Source: Mycolicibacterium smegmatis
Lineage (GTDB): Bacteria; Actinomycetota; Actinomycetes; Mycobacteriales; Mycobacteriaceae
DNA: 32,000 nt
Direction of reading: 5' to 3'
Assembly: GCF_001457595.1 (NCBI RefSeq)
Contig: NZ_LN831039.1
Span: 360,001-392,000 of the forward strand
In this document: positions 8,378 to 18,000 of the stretch, piece by piece
Numbering within the stretch: the stretch's first letter is position 1
Layout: each line of letters opens with the position of its first letter
Translations under genes and position numbers: made by a program
Notes under the pieces: generated by a model
The model's database searches: none
What the model saw: only the letters and a program-made list of their open reading frames with translations
What the model was told of the DNA's origin: nothing

Positions 8378-11170
8378 TCAGCCGGCCCACTCGATGGTCC
8401 GCAGCTGCCGGCGTGAGCCGATGCCCAGCTTCACGAACACCTTTCGCAGATGCCATTCCACGGTGTGGGTACTGATGAACAGCTGAGAGCCGATCTCCTG
8501 GTTGGTCAGCCCGTCGGCCGCCAGGCGCGCGATCTGGGCTTCCTGCGCGGTCAGCTCGTCGCCTGAGCTCACCGGTTGTTTGCGCACCTTCTCGCCCGTG
8601 GCCGTCAGTTCGCGGCGTGCGCGTTCGGCGAAGCCTGCCGCGCCCATCCGTGTGAACATGTCGAAGGCGACGCCGAGGTGACGACGCGCGTCCGGGCGCC
8701 GGTTGACGCGCCGCAACCACTCGCCGTACCGCAGGTGCGTGCGCGCCAGTTCGACGGCGATGCGCGTGCGCTGCAGACGCTCGATCGCCTCGGTGAACAA
8801 CGCGTCGGCCGTGTCGTGGTCGGCCAGCATCGCCCGCGCGCCGGCCAGCGCGCCCAGACCCCAGTCCGTACCGCTGGCACCGGCTTGCGCCGCGAGCCGG
8901 TCGGCGGCCTCCTCTGCGGCCTCGCGCCTGCCGGTGTGCACCGCGGCCTCGATCAGCTCGACCAGAGACCAGCCGCCGAACCCGAGGTTCTTTGTGCTGC
9001 AGGCCGGTCGGATCGCGGCGTAGGCCTCTTCGTAACGACCCGCGCCGTTGTACAGGAGCGCCGCGAAATAGCCGAGCACGGCCAGCAACCTGCCCTCGCC
9101 GTTGCGGTGGGCCATCGCGGTGGCGGAGTCGATCATCGCGATGGTCTCCGCGGTCGATCCGCGCCACGCGGCCAGGTGCAGCCGGTGGTACCGCAGCGGT
9201 TGGTCGGCGATCGCGACCGCGATGGCATTGGCTTCGTCCAGAAGGTTTCCCGCCGTGCCGAATTCACCGCTGAGCAGGTGGGCGCCGGCCCGGCACGACA
9301 GCGCGGCAGGCAGGATCGCCAGGGCCCCGGCGTCTCGGGTGTAACGCACCATGGCATCGGCGAGGCGCTCCATGAGCGTGTCGTCCCACAACTCGCCGAC
9401 GGCGGACTCCTGCACGATCGGGTACCCCACGAAGATCCACGGCAACACCGCGCCGTCTCCGTGCTGGGCAGCAGAACACCACGCAGTCAGCGCTTTTCGC
9501 AGTGGTACGGCAGCATCGCCGACGTCGCCCGTGAGGCATTTGGCGACGCCGTCGAGCAGCAGGGCGATCGGATCGTCACGTGAGGCGAGCCGGTCGACGG
9601 CGGCTTGCGCGGCCGCAGCGGTGGTGAGCAGGGCGTCCGGCGCGCCGAGGTGGCCTGCGTACATGGCCGCCGCGATCGCCTCGAGATGGGTCTGAAGGGC
9701 CAGTTCGTCGTCGAGACTCTCCAGACGCCGGGCCGCGTCGAGCAGCATGGCCGCGGCGTCCCGCAGTTGTGCGGGGCCGGAATCCTCGCGACGGCTGTGG
9801 CTGAACTCCATCTGGGCGCGCAACCGCGCGATCTGTGCGCGTTGCAGGTCCGACAGCGGACTGAGTTCGGCGATGGCCAGCAGTTCGTAGGCCGCCTGGA
9901 GGTCGGCGGCGTCCCGTTTGGCCTGTGCGGCGGCGACGGCCCGTGCGCCCCGCAGGTGAAGATCCGCGCTCAGCACTGCGGCCCTCTCGAGAAATGTTGC
10001 TGCCGCCGCTATCCCACCGCGGGTCTGGGCGCGGCCTGCCGATGCCTCCAGCTCGGTGGCGACCGCGTCGGATGGTCCCGCCGCGGCGTTGGCGGCGTGC
10101 CAGGCCCGCCGGTCGGGGTCCGTCACCGCGTCGGTGGCCTCGGCGAGTGCATGGTGGGCGGCCCGCCGGTCCTCCACGCTCGCCGCCCGGTACGCCGCCG
10201 AGCGGACCAGCGGATGGTGGAAGCGGATCCGAGTGCCGAACTCGATCAGACCGGCCGACTCGGCGGGCGCGAGTGCGGGCACCGCGACACCGAGGTGCGC
10301 CGCGGCGCGCACGAACAACGCGGCGTCCCCGATCGGCTCCGCTGCTGCCAGCAGCAGCAGTTGCCTGGCCTCGTCCGGCAGCGACCGGACCCGGCTGGTG
10401 AAGCTGTCCTCGACGCGCCCCGCGGAGCGGCGGCCTGCGATCGTGGAGAATCCACCCGCGAGTTCGGCAGCGGGTATGGTGCGCGGAACCTCCAGCAGCG
10501 CAAGGGGAATCCCGCGTGTCTCGGCCACCACCCGGTCACGCACCCGTTCGTCGAGGCGGCCGAGAATCACGGAGTCCAGTAGTTCGCGGGCGTCGATGTC
10601 GCTCAGACCGTCGACGAACAGCTCAGGCAATCCGGTGAGCGCGGGTGCGCCATGGTCACGCACCGCGAAGATCAGGCCGACCGGTTCGGCGAGGAGACGG
10701 CGCGCGACGAATGCCAGGGTCTGCACCGACACGGAATCGAGCCACTGCGCGTCGTCGACGATGCACAACAGAGGCTTCTCGTCCGCCGCGGCCGCCATCA
10801 GGCTCAGGACCGCGAGCCCGACCAGGAAGCGGTCCGGAGTCTGCCCCACGCCCAGACCGAAGGCCACCGCGAGTGCGTCGCGCTGAGGTTCGGGCAGATC
10901 GTCGAGGTTGTTCATCAGGGGTGCGCAGAGCTGCTGCAGGCCCGCGTAGGCGAGTTCCATGTCGGATTCGACGCCCGCTACCTGCGTGATGCGGAAGCCT
11001 TTGGCGTGCTGCGCGGCGAAATCCAGCAACGCGGTCTTGCCGACCCCGGCCTCACCGCGCACCACCACAACCCGGCTCTGCGCCGACTGGACGTCGGCGA
11101 TCAACCGGCGCAACGCGTCGCATTCAGCGGCGCGTCCGTGTAGGGGCTGCCCGCGCCCGGCAATGTCCAC
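8378..11170 (-). CDS. LuxR-family transcriptional regulator, large ATP-binding LAL/MalT type
   Basis: The 930-aa ORF has an N-terminal P-loop (GEAGVGKTALL) and Walker B-like LLCIVDDAQWLD. A long helical/TPR-like middle region follows. The C-terminus has a LuxR HTH (LTAQEAQIARLAADGLTNQEIGSQLFISTHTVEWHLRKVFVKLGI). GTG start. Confidence 0.85.
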   Translation of the reverse strand: MDIAGRGQPLHGRAAECDALRRLIADVQSAQSRVVVVRGEAGVGKTALLDFAAQHAKGFRITQVAGVESDMELAYAGLQQLCAPLMNNLDDLPEPQRDALAVAFGLGVGQTPDRFLVGLAVLSLMAAAADEKPLLCIVDDAQWLDSVSVQTLAFVARRLLAEPVGLIFAVRDHGAPALTGLPELFVDGLSDIDARELLDSVILGRLDERVRDRVVAETRGIPLALLEVPRTIPAAELAGGFSTIAGRRSAGRVEDSFTSRVRSLPDEARQLLLLAAAEPIGDAALFVRAAAHLGVAVPALAPAESAGLIEFGTRIRFHHPLVRSAAYRAASVEDRRAAHHALAEATDAVTDPDRRAWHAANAAAGPSDAVATELEASAGRAQTRGGIAAAATFLERAAVLSADLHLRGARAVAAAQAKRDAADLQAAYELLAIAELSPLSDLQRAQIARLRAQMEFSHSRREDSGPAQLRDAAAMLLDAARRLESLDDELALQTHLEAIAAAMYAGHLGAPDALLTTAAAAQAAVDRLASRDDPIALLLDGVAKCLTGDVGDAAVPLRKALTAWCSAAQHGDGAVLPWIFVGYPIVQESAVGELWDDTLMERLADAMVRYTRDAGALAILPAALSCRAGAHLLSGEFGTAGNLLDEANAIAVAIADQPLRYHRLHLAAWRGSTAETIAMIDSATAMAHRNGEGRLLAVLGYFAALLYNGAGRYEEAYAAIRPACSTKNLGFGGWSLVELIEAAVHTGRREAAEEAADRLAAQAGASGTDWGLGALAGARAMLADHDTADALFTEAIERLQRTRIAVELARTHLRYGEWLRRVNRRPDARRHLGVAFDMFTRMGAAGFAERARRELTATGEKVRKQPVSSGDELTAQEAQIARLAADGLTNQEIGSQLFISTHTVEWHLRKVFVKLGIGSRRQLRTIEWAG

Positions 11171-11251
11171 AGCGTCCGTCCTTCACGTCCGCCGTCGGCG
11201 GACACCCACCCCTCGAGGAGATAGTAGTGATCCAGGGCAGATGCGGCACTG

Positions 11252-11698
11252 CTAGAGCACCACGGGTTTCGGTACCAGCACCACACGCCAGCCGTCGGGA
11301 TCCTCGAAGCTGAGCGCGCCGTGGTCGGTCCAGTACGGATTCTCGGCGGGCACGGGTTCGCACCCGTGCGCGGCGAGGCGTTCGACGACGTCGTACATCG
11401 CGGTTTCGGTCTCGAAGTAGAGAACCAGCAGATTCTCCTTCGACGGTGCCGGACAGGGACTTCCGCTGTGGCTGCTGGTGAACTCCAGGTGATACCGGCT
11501 GCCGGGGAGCCCGAGCATCACGCCGTCGAACCCGGCGTGGTCGGAGAAGCGGTACAGCACCGGCAGTCCGAGGATCCCGGCATAGAACCGCTCCACCTCG
11601 GCGAGTTTGTCGGTCGGGCGTGCGACGCGCACCTGCGCCACGCGCAGATCGGCAGGCCACGTGTGCTCGCGCGCTGTCTCGGTGGGTGTGATCGCCAT
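11252..11698 (-). CDS. VOC (glyoxalase/bleomycin-resistance/dioxygenase) family protein
   Basis: The 148-aa ORF has VOC-like beta-alpha-beta-beta-beta module sequence (VARPTDKLAEVERFYAGILGLPVLYRF...HLEF...LSFEDPDGWRVVL). GGAGGTGA (complement of 11700-11707) lies directly upstream of the ATG. Confidence 0.75.
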   Translation of the reverse strand: MAITPTETAREHTWPADLRVAQVRVARPTDKLAEVERFYAGILGLPVLYRFSDHAGFDGVMLGLPGSRYHLEFTSSHSGSPCPAPSKENLLVLYFETETAMYDVVERLAAHGCEPVPAENPYWTDHGALSFEDPDGWRVVLVPKPVVL

Positions 11699-11774
11699 GT
11701 CACCTCCATCTCGTGGGTCAACGACGCCACGCTAGAAGCTCAATGGCGGTTGAGGTCAAGGCGACTCGACCCGC

Positions 11775-12095
11775 TCAGCCCTCGGCGTGCTCGACCGCCG
11801 CGGTCACCTCAGGGGTCACCGGATCGAGCACGTCGTCGAAATCGTGATGTCTCGACACGTACTTCGCCACGTAGGGGCACACCGCGACGATGCGCTTGCC
11901 TGCCGCCCTGGTGTCGCCGAGTCCGGCCGAGACGAGTTCACCCGCGAGACCCCGCCCGCTGAACTTGTCGTCGACCTCGGTGTGGTGGAAGACGCGCTGA
12001 TCTCCGATGTCGACATAGAGCAGCTTGCCTGCGTGCTCACCGTCGACGGTGAGTTCGTAGTGGTGGGCGTCGGGGACATCACGGATTTCGGCCAT
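11775..12095 (-). CDS. small GNAT-like N-acetyltransferase (YjdJ-type, ~100 aa)
   Basis: Track ORF is 11775..12266. The conserved part starts at ATG (complement of 12093-12095): MAEIRDVPDAHHYELTVDGEHAGKLLYVDIGDQRVFHHTEVDDKFSGRGLAGELV...IVAVCPYV. This is typical of the single-domain GNAT family. The upstream 57 codons of the track ORF look non-coding. Confidence 0.7.
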   Translation of the reverse strand: MAEIRDVPDAHHYELTVDGEHAGKLLYVDIGDQRVFHHTEVDDKFSGRGLAGELVSAGLGDTRAAGKRIVAVCPYVAKYVSRHHDFDDVLDPVTPEVTAAVEHAEG

Positions 12096-12126
12096 GGTTC
12101 CCACTATGCCTGTGGAGTGCCACCGG

Positions 12127-12143
12127 ATGACCGTGTCGGTCAT
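12127..12143. promoter_or_regulatory. perfect inverted repeat ATGACCG-TGT-CGGTCAT in the GNAT/MFS divergent intergenic region; candidate operator
   Basis: Read directly from the sequence: 7-bp arms and a 3-nt spacer. It lies 32 nt upstream of the GNAT start and 62 nt upstream of the MFS start. Function is inferred. Confidence 0.3.
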
Positions 12144-12204
12144 GCCGCCGTTTGGCGCCGCCCGGGCCTGGCAATGTTGTTGCGGTGGGCCGACGAGGTA
12201 ACTC

Positions 12205-13806
12205 ATGACGACAACGACACCGGCGATGGGCGCCACGTCGACGTGGGCTCCGCTGGCCTCGCCCATCTACCGCGCACTGTGGATCGCCCAGTTCGTGTCG
12301 AACCTGGGCACCTGGATCCAGACCGTGGGAGCGCAGTGGATGCTCGTCGGGGATCCGCGCGCGGCGGTTCTGGTGCCGTTGGTGCAGACCGCGACGACGC
12401 TGCCGGTGATGCTGCTGGCGCTGCCGTCGGGCGTGCTGGCCGACCTGGTCGATCGGCGGCGTCTGCTCATCGCCGCGCAGGGCGCCATGGCCGCGGGCGT
12501 GGCGTCGCTCGCGATGCTCACCGGCGCCGGTCTGGCGACTCCCACGGTGTTGCTGACGCTGCTGTTCCTCATCGGCTGCGGTCAGGCGCTCACCGCGCCT
12601 GCGTGGCAGGCCATCCAGCCGGATCTGGTTCCGCGTGAACAGATCCCGGCCGCTGCCGCGCTGGGGAGCATGAGCATGAACGGTGCGCGCGCGATCGGCC
12701 CGGCCATCGCGGGAGCCCTGGTGTCGCTGTCGGGCCCCACCCTGGTGTTCGCGCTCAACGCGGTGTCGTTCGTCGGGATCGTGGCGGTGCTGCTGTTGTG
12801 GCGCCGCCCGGCCGCCGAACGCATGCTGCCCGCCGAGCGTCCACTGGCGGCCCTCAGCGCCGGCGGCCGGTACATCCGCAGCGCCCCGATCGTGCGACGG
12901 ATCCTGTTGCGGACCGTGCTGTTCATCGCGCCCGGCAGCGCCCTGTGGGGCCTGCTGGCGGTGATCGCCAAGGACCAGCTGAACCTCACGTCGTCGGGCT
13001 ACGGCGTGCTGCTCGGGGCGCTGGGGCTCGGCGCGGTCTGCGGTGCGTTCGTGTTGGGCCGACTGCAGAAGATGTACGAATTGAACACCCTGCTCGTCGT
13101 GGCCGCGACGGGCTTCGGCGGTGCGACCGTTGTGCTGGCGCTGGTACACAACGTCGCGGTGGTGCTCCTGGCCCTCGTCCTCGGCGGCACCGCATGGCTG
13201 CTGGCGCTCTCGACGCTGAACGCCTCGATGCAGCTGAGCCTGCCCGGATGGGTGCGTGCGCGCGGCCTTTCGGTCTACCAACTGGTGTTCATGGGCGGGC
13301 AGGCGCTCGGCTCGCTGTTGTGGGGCCTGATCGCGGGTGCGGCGGGCAGTGTGACGGCGCTTCTGGTCAGTGCCGGTCTGATGGGTGTGTGCGCGGTCTC
13401 GGCGATCTGGTGGCCCCTGCACGCACGCACCGGCAACCTGGACATGACACCGTCGGCGCACTGGCCGGAACCCGCGCTGATCTTCGAACCCGAACCCCTG
13501 GACGGTCCCGTGGTGGTCCTGGTGTCCTACCGTGTCGAGCCGGCACAGGAAACCGGGTTCTTCGAGGCCATGGCCGCGCTCGGCCGGTCGCGGCAGCGCA
13601 CCGGGGCATCTCAGTGGCAGCTGTTCCGCAGCGGCGAGCACGCGGGCACCTTCGTGGAGGCCTTCATCGTCCGGTCGTGGGAGGAACATCTGCGTCAGCA
13701 CCACACCCGGCTGACCGGCCACGATCTGCTCGTGGAAGAGACGGTCAGACGGTTCACGGTCGGAGAACCCACCTCGCAGCACCTCATCGCCGCCAAGACG
13801 CATTAG
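12205..13806 (+). CDS. MFS transporter (MFS_3/EntS-like) with a C-terminal ~100-aa soluble ferredoxin-like (ABM/Dabb-like) domain
   Basis: The 533-aa ORF has an N-terminus typical of the family (PIYRALWIAQFVSNLGTWIQTVGAQWML) and about 12 hydrophobic helices. The hydrophilic tail is VVVLVSYRVEPAQETGFFEAMAALGRSRQRTGASQWQLFRSGEHAGTFVEAFIVRSWEEHLRQHH. Confidence 0.8.
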   Translation: MTTTTPAMGATSTWAPLASPIYRALWIAQFVSNLGTWIQTVGAQWMLVGDPRAAVLVPLVQTATTLPVMLLALPSGVLADLVDRRRLLIAAQGAMAAGVASLAMLTGAGLATPTVLLTLLFLIGCGQALTAPAWQAIQPDLVPREQIPAAAALGSMSMNGARAIGPAIAGALVSLSGPTLVFALNAVSFVGIVAVLLLWRRPAAERMLPAERPLAALSAGGRYIRSAPIVRRILLRTVLFIAPGSALWGLLAVIAKDQLNLTSSGYGVLLGALGLGAVCGAFVLGRLQKMYELNTLLVVAATGFGGATVVLALVHNVAVVLLALVLGGTAWLLALSTLNASMQLSLPGWVRARGLSVYQLVFMGGQALGSLLWGLIAGAAGSVTALLVSAGLMGVCAVSAIWWPLHARTGNLDMTPSAHWPEPALIFEPEPLDGPVVVLVSYRVEPAQETGFFEAMAALGRSRQRTGASQWQLFRSGEHAGTFVEAFIVRSWEEHLRQHHTRLTGHDLLVEETVRRFTVGEPTSQHLIAAKTH

Positions 13807-13845
13807 TGTGAACTGTGTCACCTCAGCACATTCAGGAGGTCGTCG

Positions 13846-14808
13846 ATGACGCGGACACACTTCGACTCCATCAGGGCCGGCGGTCTCAACTGGAGCAGCC
13901 TGCCCCTGAAACTCTTCGCGGGCGGCAACGCCAAGTTCTGGGACCCGGCCGACATCGACTTCTCACGCGACCGGGCCGACTGGGAGGCGCTGACCGAGCG
14001 TGAACGCGAGTACGCGACGCGCCTGTGCGCGGAGTTCATCGCAGGCGAGGAAGCGGTCACCAAGGACATCCAGCCGTTCATGTCGGCGATGCGCGCAGAG
14101 GGTCGACTCGGCGACGAGATGTACCTGACGCAGTTCGCGTTCGAGGAGGCCAAGCACACGCAGGTGTTCCGCATGTGGCTGGACGCGGTCGGGGTCACCG
14201 ACGACCTGCACTCCCTCATCGAGGAGGTGCCCGCCTACGTCCAGATCTTCTGCGAGGAGCTGCCCGCGGCCCTCGAAGCGCTCACCTCCGATCCGTCCCC
14301 GGCTGCGCAGGTGCGTGCCTCTGTGGTGTACAACCACGTGGTCGAGGGCATGCTCGCGTTGACGGGTTACTATGCCTGGCACCGCATTTGCGTCGACCGC
14401 GGCATTCTTCCCGGCATGCAGGAACTGGTGCGCCGCATCGGCGACGACGAGCGCAGGCACATGGCGTGGGGCACGTTCACGTGCCGCCGCCACGTCGCGG
14501 CCGACGACGCCAACTGGGCGGTGTTCGAGACCCACATGAACGAGCTCATCCCGGTTGCGCTGCGCCTCACGCAGGAGGGGTTCGCGCTGTACGGCGACGA
14601 CATCCCGTTCGGGCTGGAGGAGGGCGAGTTCCTGCAGTACTCCAGCGATCGGGGGATGCGCCGGTTCGGGACGATCAGCAGCGCACGTGGGCGCCCACTG
14701 GCCGAGATCGACGTCGACTACACACCGTTGCAGTTGGAGGACACGTTCGCCGACGAGGACGAGCGTGCGCTGACGGCGGTCAAAGCGGCCGCGGCCGCCG
14801 CGAACTGA
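13846..14808 (+). CDS. R2-like ligand-binding oxidase (R2lox; ferritin-like Mn/Fe protein, Rv0233-like)
   Basis: The 320-aa ORF has metal-ligand motifs of the RNR-R2-like fold ([42 protein letters not shown]). An AGGAGG Shine-Dalgarno lies 6 nt upstream of the ATG. Gene order next to aftD matches M. tuberculosis. Confidence 0.9.
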   Translation: MTRTHFDSIRAGGLNWSSLPLKLFAGGNAKFWDPADIDFSRDRADWEALTEREREYATRLCAEFIAGEEAVTKDIQPFMSAMRAEGRLGDEMYLTQFAFEEAKHTQVFRMWLDAVGVTDDLHSLIEEVPAYVQIFCEELPAALEALTSDPSPAAQVRASVVYNHVVEGMLALTGYYAWHRICVDRGILPGMQELVRRIGDDERRHMAWGTFTCRRHVAADDANWAVFETHMNELIPVALRLTQEGFALYGDDIPFGLEEGEFLQYSSDRGMRRFGTISSARGRPLAEIDVDYTPLQLEDTFADEDERALTAVKAAAAAAN

Positions 14809-14826
14809 ACAGAACCGAAATGCTCG

Positions 14827-14865
14827 CTGTGGTGTCGGCGAACCCCTCCGTCGCCGACACCACAG
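14827..14865. terminator. perfect 15-bp stem / 9-nt loop hairpin between convergent genes; likely intrinsic (U-tract-less, mycobacterial-type) terminator
   Basis: CTGTGGTGTCGGCGA (14827-14841), loop ACCCCTCCG, TCGCCGACACCACAG (14851-14865). It starts 19 nt after the R2lox stop codon. No T-tract follows, so terminator function is inferred. Confidence 0.5.
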
Positions 14866-15082
14866 CCCTTGTGCACGCTGTGCGTGCCCGGGTTCGTGCC
14901 GACGACTCGCCGGATTTGCTGAAACGACAGCGGACCGCGGTGAGAACCCGGTTGCGCGCTCATCGTTGACCGACGTCTGTTCTCCCCCGGTCAGCAAACC
15001 TCGATGCCGCCGAAACAGCGCGTTCGATCACCGTAAGTACTGCACCGGCTCGCTGTCAACCAGTTGAGGTGGCAAGGATTGG

Positions 15083-18000
15083 CTAACCGGCGTGAGCGGA
15101 TGCTCCGGTGTGTTCAGGCTTAGCTGATCGGCCGTCTTCGCTCGGCTCCGGACGGTTCACCAGGCGGACCGCGGAGGCCGCGAGGAACGCCACCGAGAGC
15201 AACGCGAGGAACTGCACGCCGGGCGTGTGGCCGACGTAGCCGTCGACCGACCGCCACGGGTACTGACTCAGCACCGAACCCGCGAGGATCAGACCGCCCG
15301 CCGCCACGACGACCGTGACGTTGTCCCAGACTTTTTCGCCCGCGGCGCCGCGTCTGTTCAGAAGGATCCGCACGCCCATCGCGGCACCGACCACGAGCAG
15401 GCCGGCCACCCCGGAGATCGCCGTGCCTGCCACCAGCGCCGCCGCGCCGGTCAGCACCGGGCCCGGGTTCCAGGGCCGCGCGGGCGCGGCGGCCCGCACG
15501 GGCCTGCGCACCGGGATCAGTGCCAGAAGTGCCAGCAGCGGCAGGAGTGCCAGTCCGCCGATCAGTCCGACGCGGTACGGCATGTTCGACGCGAACGTGA
15601 GCGTCACCGTACCTTCGGTGCCCGCCGGGACCACCCAGCCCTGCTGCCACCCGTTGACCGTCACGGACTGCAGTTCCGCACCGGCGGGATCGTGCGCGGA
15701 CCAACCACGGTTGACGCTCTCGGGCACCACGAGCACGCGCTGCTGCGCCGCGGCGCTCACGCGCACCTCGCGACGGTCGGCGGTCCACGTTCCGGTTTCG
15801 GCCGAAGTCGTGGGCGCCGAACGGATCTCGTCGGCCGCAGGGGTCGGCAGCTCGACACCGTCGACGATGAAAGCGGCGCCGGGGCTCACCACCAGCTCCT
15901 GTTGGCCCGCGGGCAGCTTGACCGGCTCGGACCGGCACGGCCGTGCCGGGATCGGTTCGCCGTCCAGTAGCGCCCCGACCGTGGTGTGCACCGACGTCTG
16001 GATGAACTGGCCGGCGACCGCGATGATCGGGCCCTGGCCGCACGGCAGTGCCACCGCGCGCGACCGGTTCTTGGCCGCATCGGCCGCGCCGACGGGCGCC
16101 CCGCGTCCGTCGAGCACCGTGAGCTCGGCCAGCCCGGGAGGCTTGAGCTGGTCGAAACCCAGCGACGTGCGGTCGATGATGTCGTTCCAGGCCAGCAGCG
16201 ACACCGTCACGGTGTCGGTGACGCGGGGTTTGAGCGTCACTGTCCGCGGCTCGCCGTCGGCAGGAAGACGGTGCATCTGGGGTCCGTCGCCGAGGTCGAT
16301 CGCGACCAGCGTGGGATGCGCGGGCGGCTCGGTGTCACCCGGGACGATCCGCATACCCGAGACCTCGGTGGGTCTCGGCAGTTTGAGCGTGAGCGTGGGC
16401 GGGGTCTGGAACTGCACGACGCGTTGCGGCGCGGTCCACGACGTCCGCGGATCGCCGTCGGTCGCGGCGTAGGCCGAGCCGAGCACGTCGATCGGGTCGG
16501 AGTCGCCGAATGCCCTCGTGGTGTCCGGTTGTGCCACCAGATCGGCGAGGTTGGGCCCCTGACGCCCCCGGATCCACACCGTGGGCTGCACCTCGGTGTC
16601 CTGCGGCACCGTGAGGGTGCGGCTCAGGTTCACGGGTTCCTCGGAGGCCAGCGCCATCGCGGCGGCACACCGCACGCCCACCGGGCTGTCCGCGCAGCCC
16701 GGCCTGCCCAGCAGTTCGGTGCCCAGATCCCATTGCTGCACAACCGAACCCGCCGGCGGGCCGGGCACCTCGACGGTGTGGCGCAGCGTGACCGGATGCG
16801 CGAAGCCCGAAGCGTCGTACTGCGTGATCGCGAGGTCGGTGACGCCGAACTGCACACCCGGCGAACCGTCGTCGGTCGCCACCGCGGTGACCCGCACCCA
16901 CGGCGTCTCACCGACCGGCAGCGGGATCGTCAGCGGCTTGCCCGCGGTGTCGAAGCGCAGGCTGCTCGTTCCGGTCGCGGTGGCGATCTCGATGCGGCGG
17001 ACCTGCGCGCCGACCGCGGTCGCGCTCGGTGTGATGGTCAACGTGGCATTGGTGACCGGATGGTCGAAATCCACCTGAAGCCATTGGCCGACGGCGGCCT
17101 GCAACGCGTTGGACACCCACGCCGTCGAACTGTCGGAGTCGATGGCCGCGGCGGGTCCGGTCGCAGGCGCGACGTACGGCAGTGCGGTGGAGTCCGCCGC
17201 CGAACTCGACACCGACAGCCGTCCGCCGGTCCACTTGCCGTAGACCAGATCCGCGCCGTCGGACGGGTAGTCGGGCACGCGGTTGTAGGTGTGCCGCGCG
17301 TCGTCGGGGGTGCGGATCGCCGATGCGTGGTCGTCGACGCGGCCGTAGTCGATCTCGCGGGCCGTCGGCGTGTCGGTGACGATCACACCGTCGACCGGCA
17401 GACCGGCGCGACGGGCGTCGGCCGCGAGCAGCATCGGCCCCAGCGGGGGTTCCCCGTTGAGCCTGCGCCGCTCGTCGAGACGCAGCAGCGCCTCGGGGGC
17501 ACCCGCCACCCGGGTCATCGCGTCGCTGTCGACGAGGTAGGGGTGCATGGGCGAGCGCTGCTGAGAGGAACCGGCGTCGGCAGGCTCGACGCGGAAGATC
17601 TCGACCGCCGGATACCGGGGCCGCAGACCGCTGTCGGCCACGAAACCCTCCAGCGTGCCCGGCCCGACCGGATCGCCGAACTCGGCCACCTTGGTCAGAC
17701 CAGGTGAGCCCTCCACGGCCCGGTGCACCAGGATCGGGCGTGCGGACCGCGAGGTGTCCGGGTCCAGGTCGTTGCGTACCACGACGTAGGAGATCCCTTG
17801 TCGCGCAAGGGTGTCGGCCAGTCCTGGGGACGGCCGGCCGGAGGCGAACAGGCGTTGCACCGAGTCCAGTGCGCGGATCGTCTCGGGCGGTGTCAAGGGG
17901 ATCGAATCGCGGACGCCCCACGGGTTGTCGCCGAGCACCTGCAGCGGCTCGTCGTGGCTGTTGCCCCACACCTGGGTCGCGAACGGGGCGCCAGGGGCCA

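Noticed and set aside
12079-13860. 593-aa minus-strand ORF opposite the MFS transporter. Similar cases are 4608..6263 (551 aa), 3252..4568 (438 aa), 15986..17707 (573 aa), 18051..19331 (426 aa), 19730..21184 (484 aa), 26630..27979 (449 aa) and 23825..24847 (340 aa).
   Set aside because: Long stop-free antisense frames are expected in high-GC genomes. All are Arg/Gly/Pro/His-rich and lack motifs. All lie opposite genes with strong family signatures.
14820-14969. A 49-codon plus-strand ORF (MLAVVSANPSVADTTALVHAVRARVRADDSPDLLKRQRTAVRTRLRAHR) in the R2lox/aftD spacer.
   Set aside because: It has no RBS and only intermediate third-position GC (about 70% by hand count, against a very high value in neighbouring genes). 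It spans the 15-bp terminator-like hairpin. It is kept only as a remote possibility.
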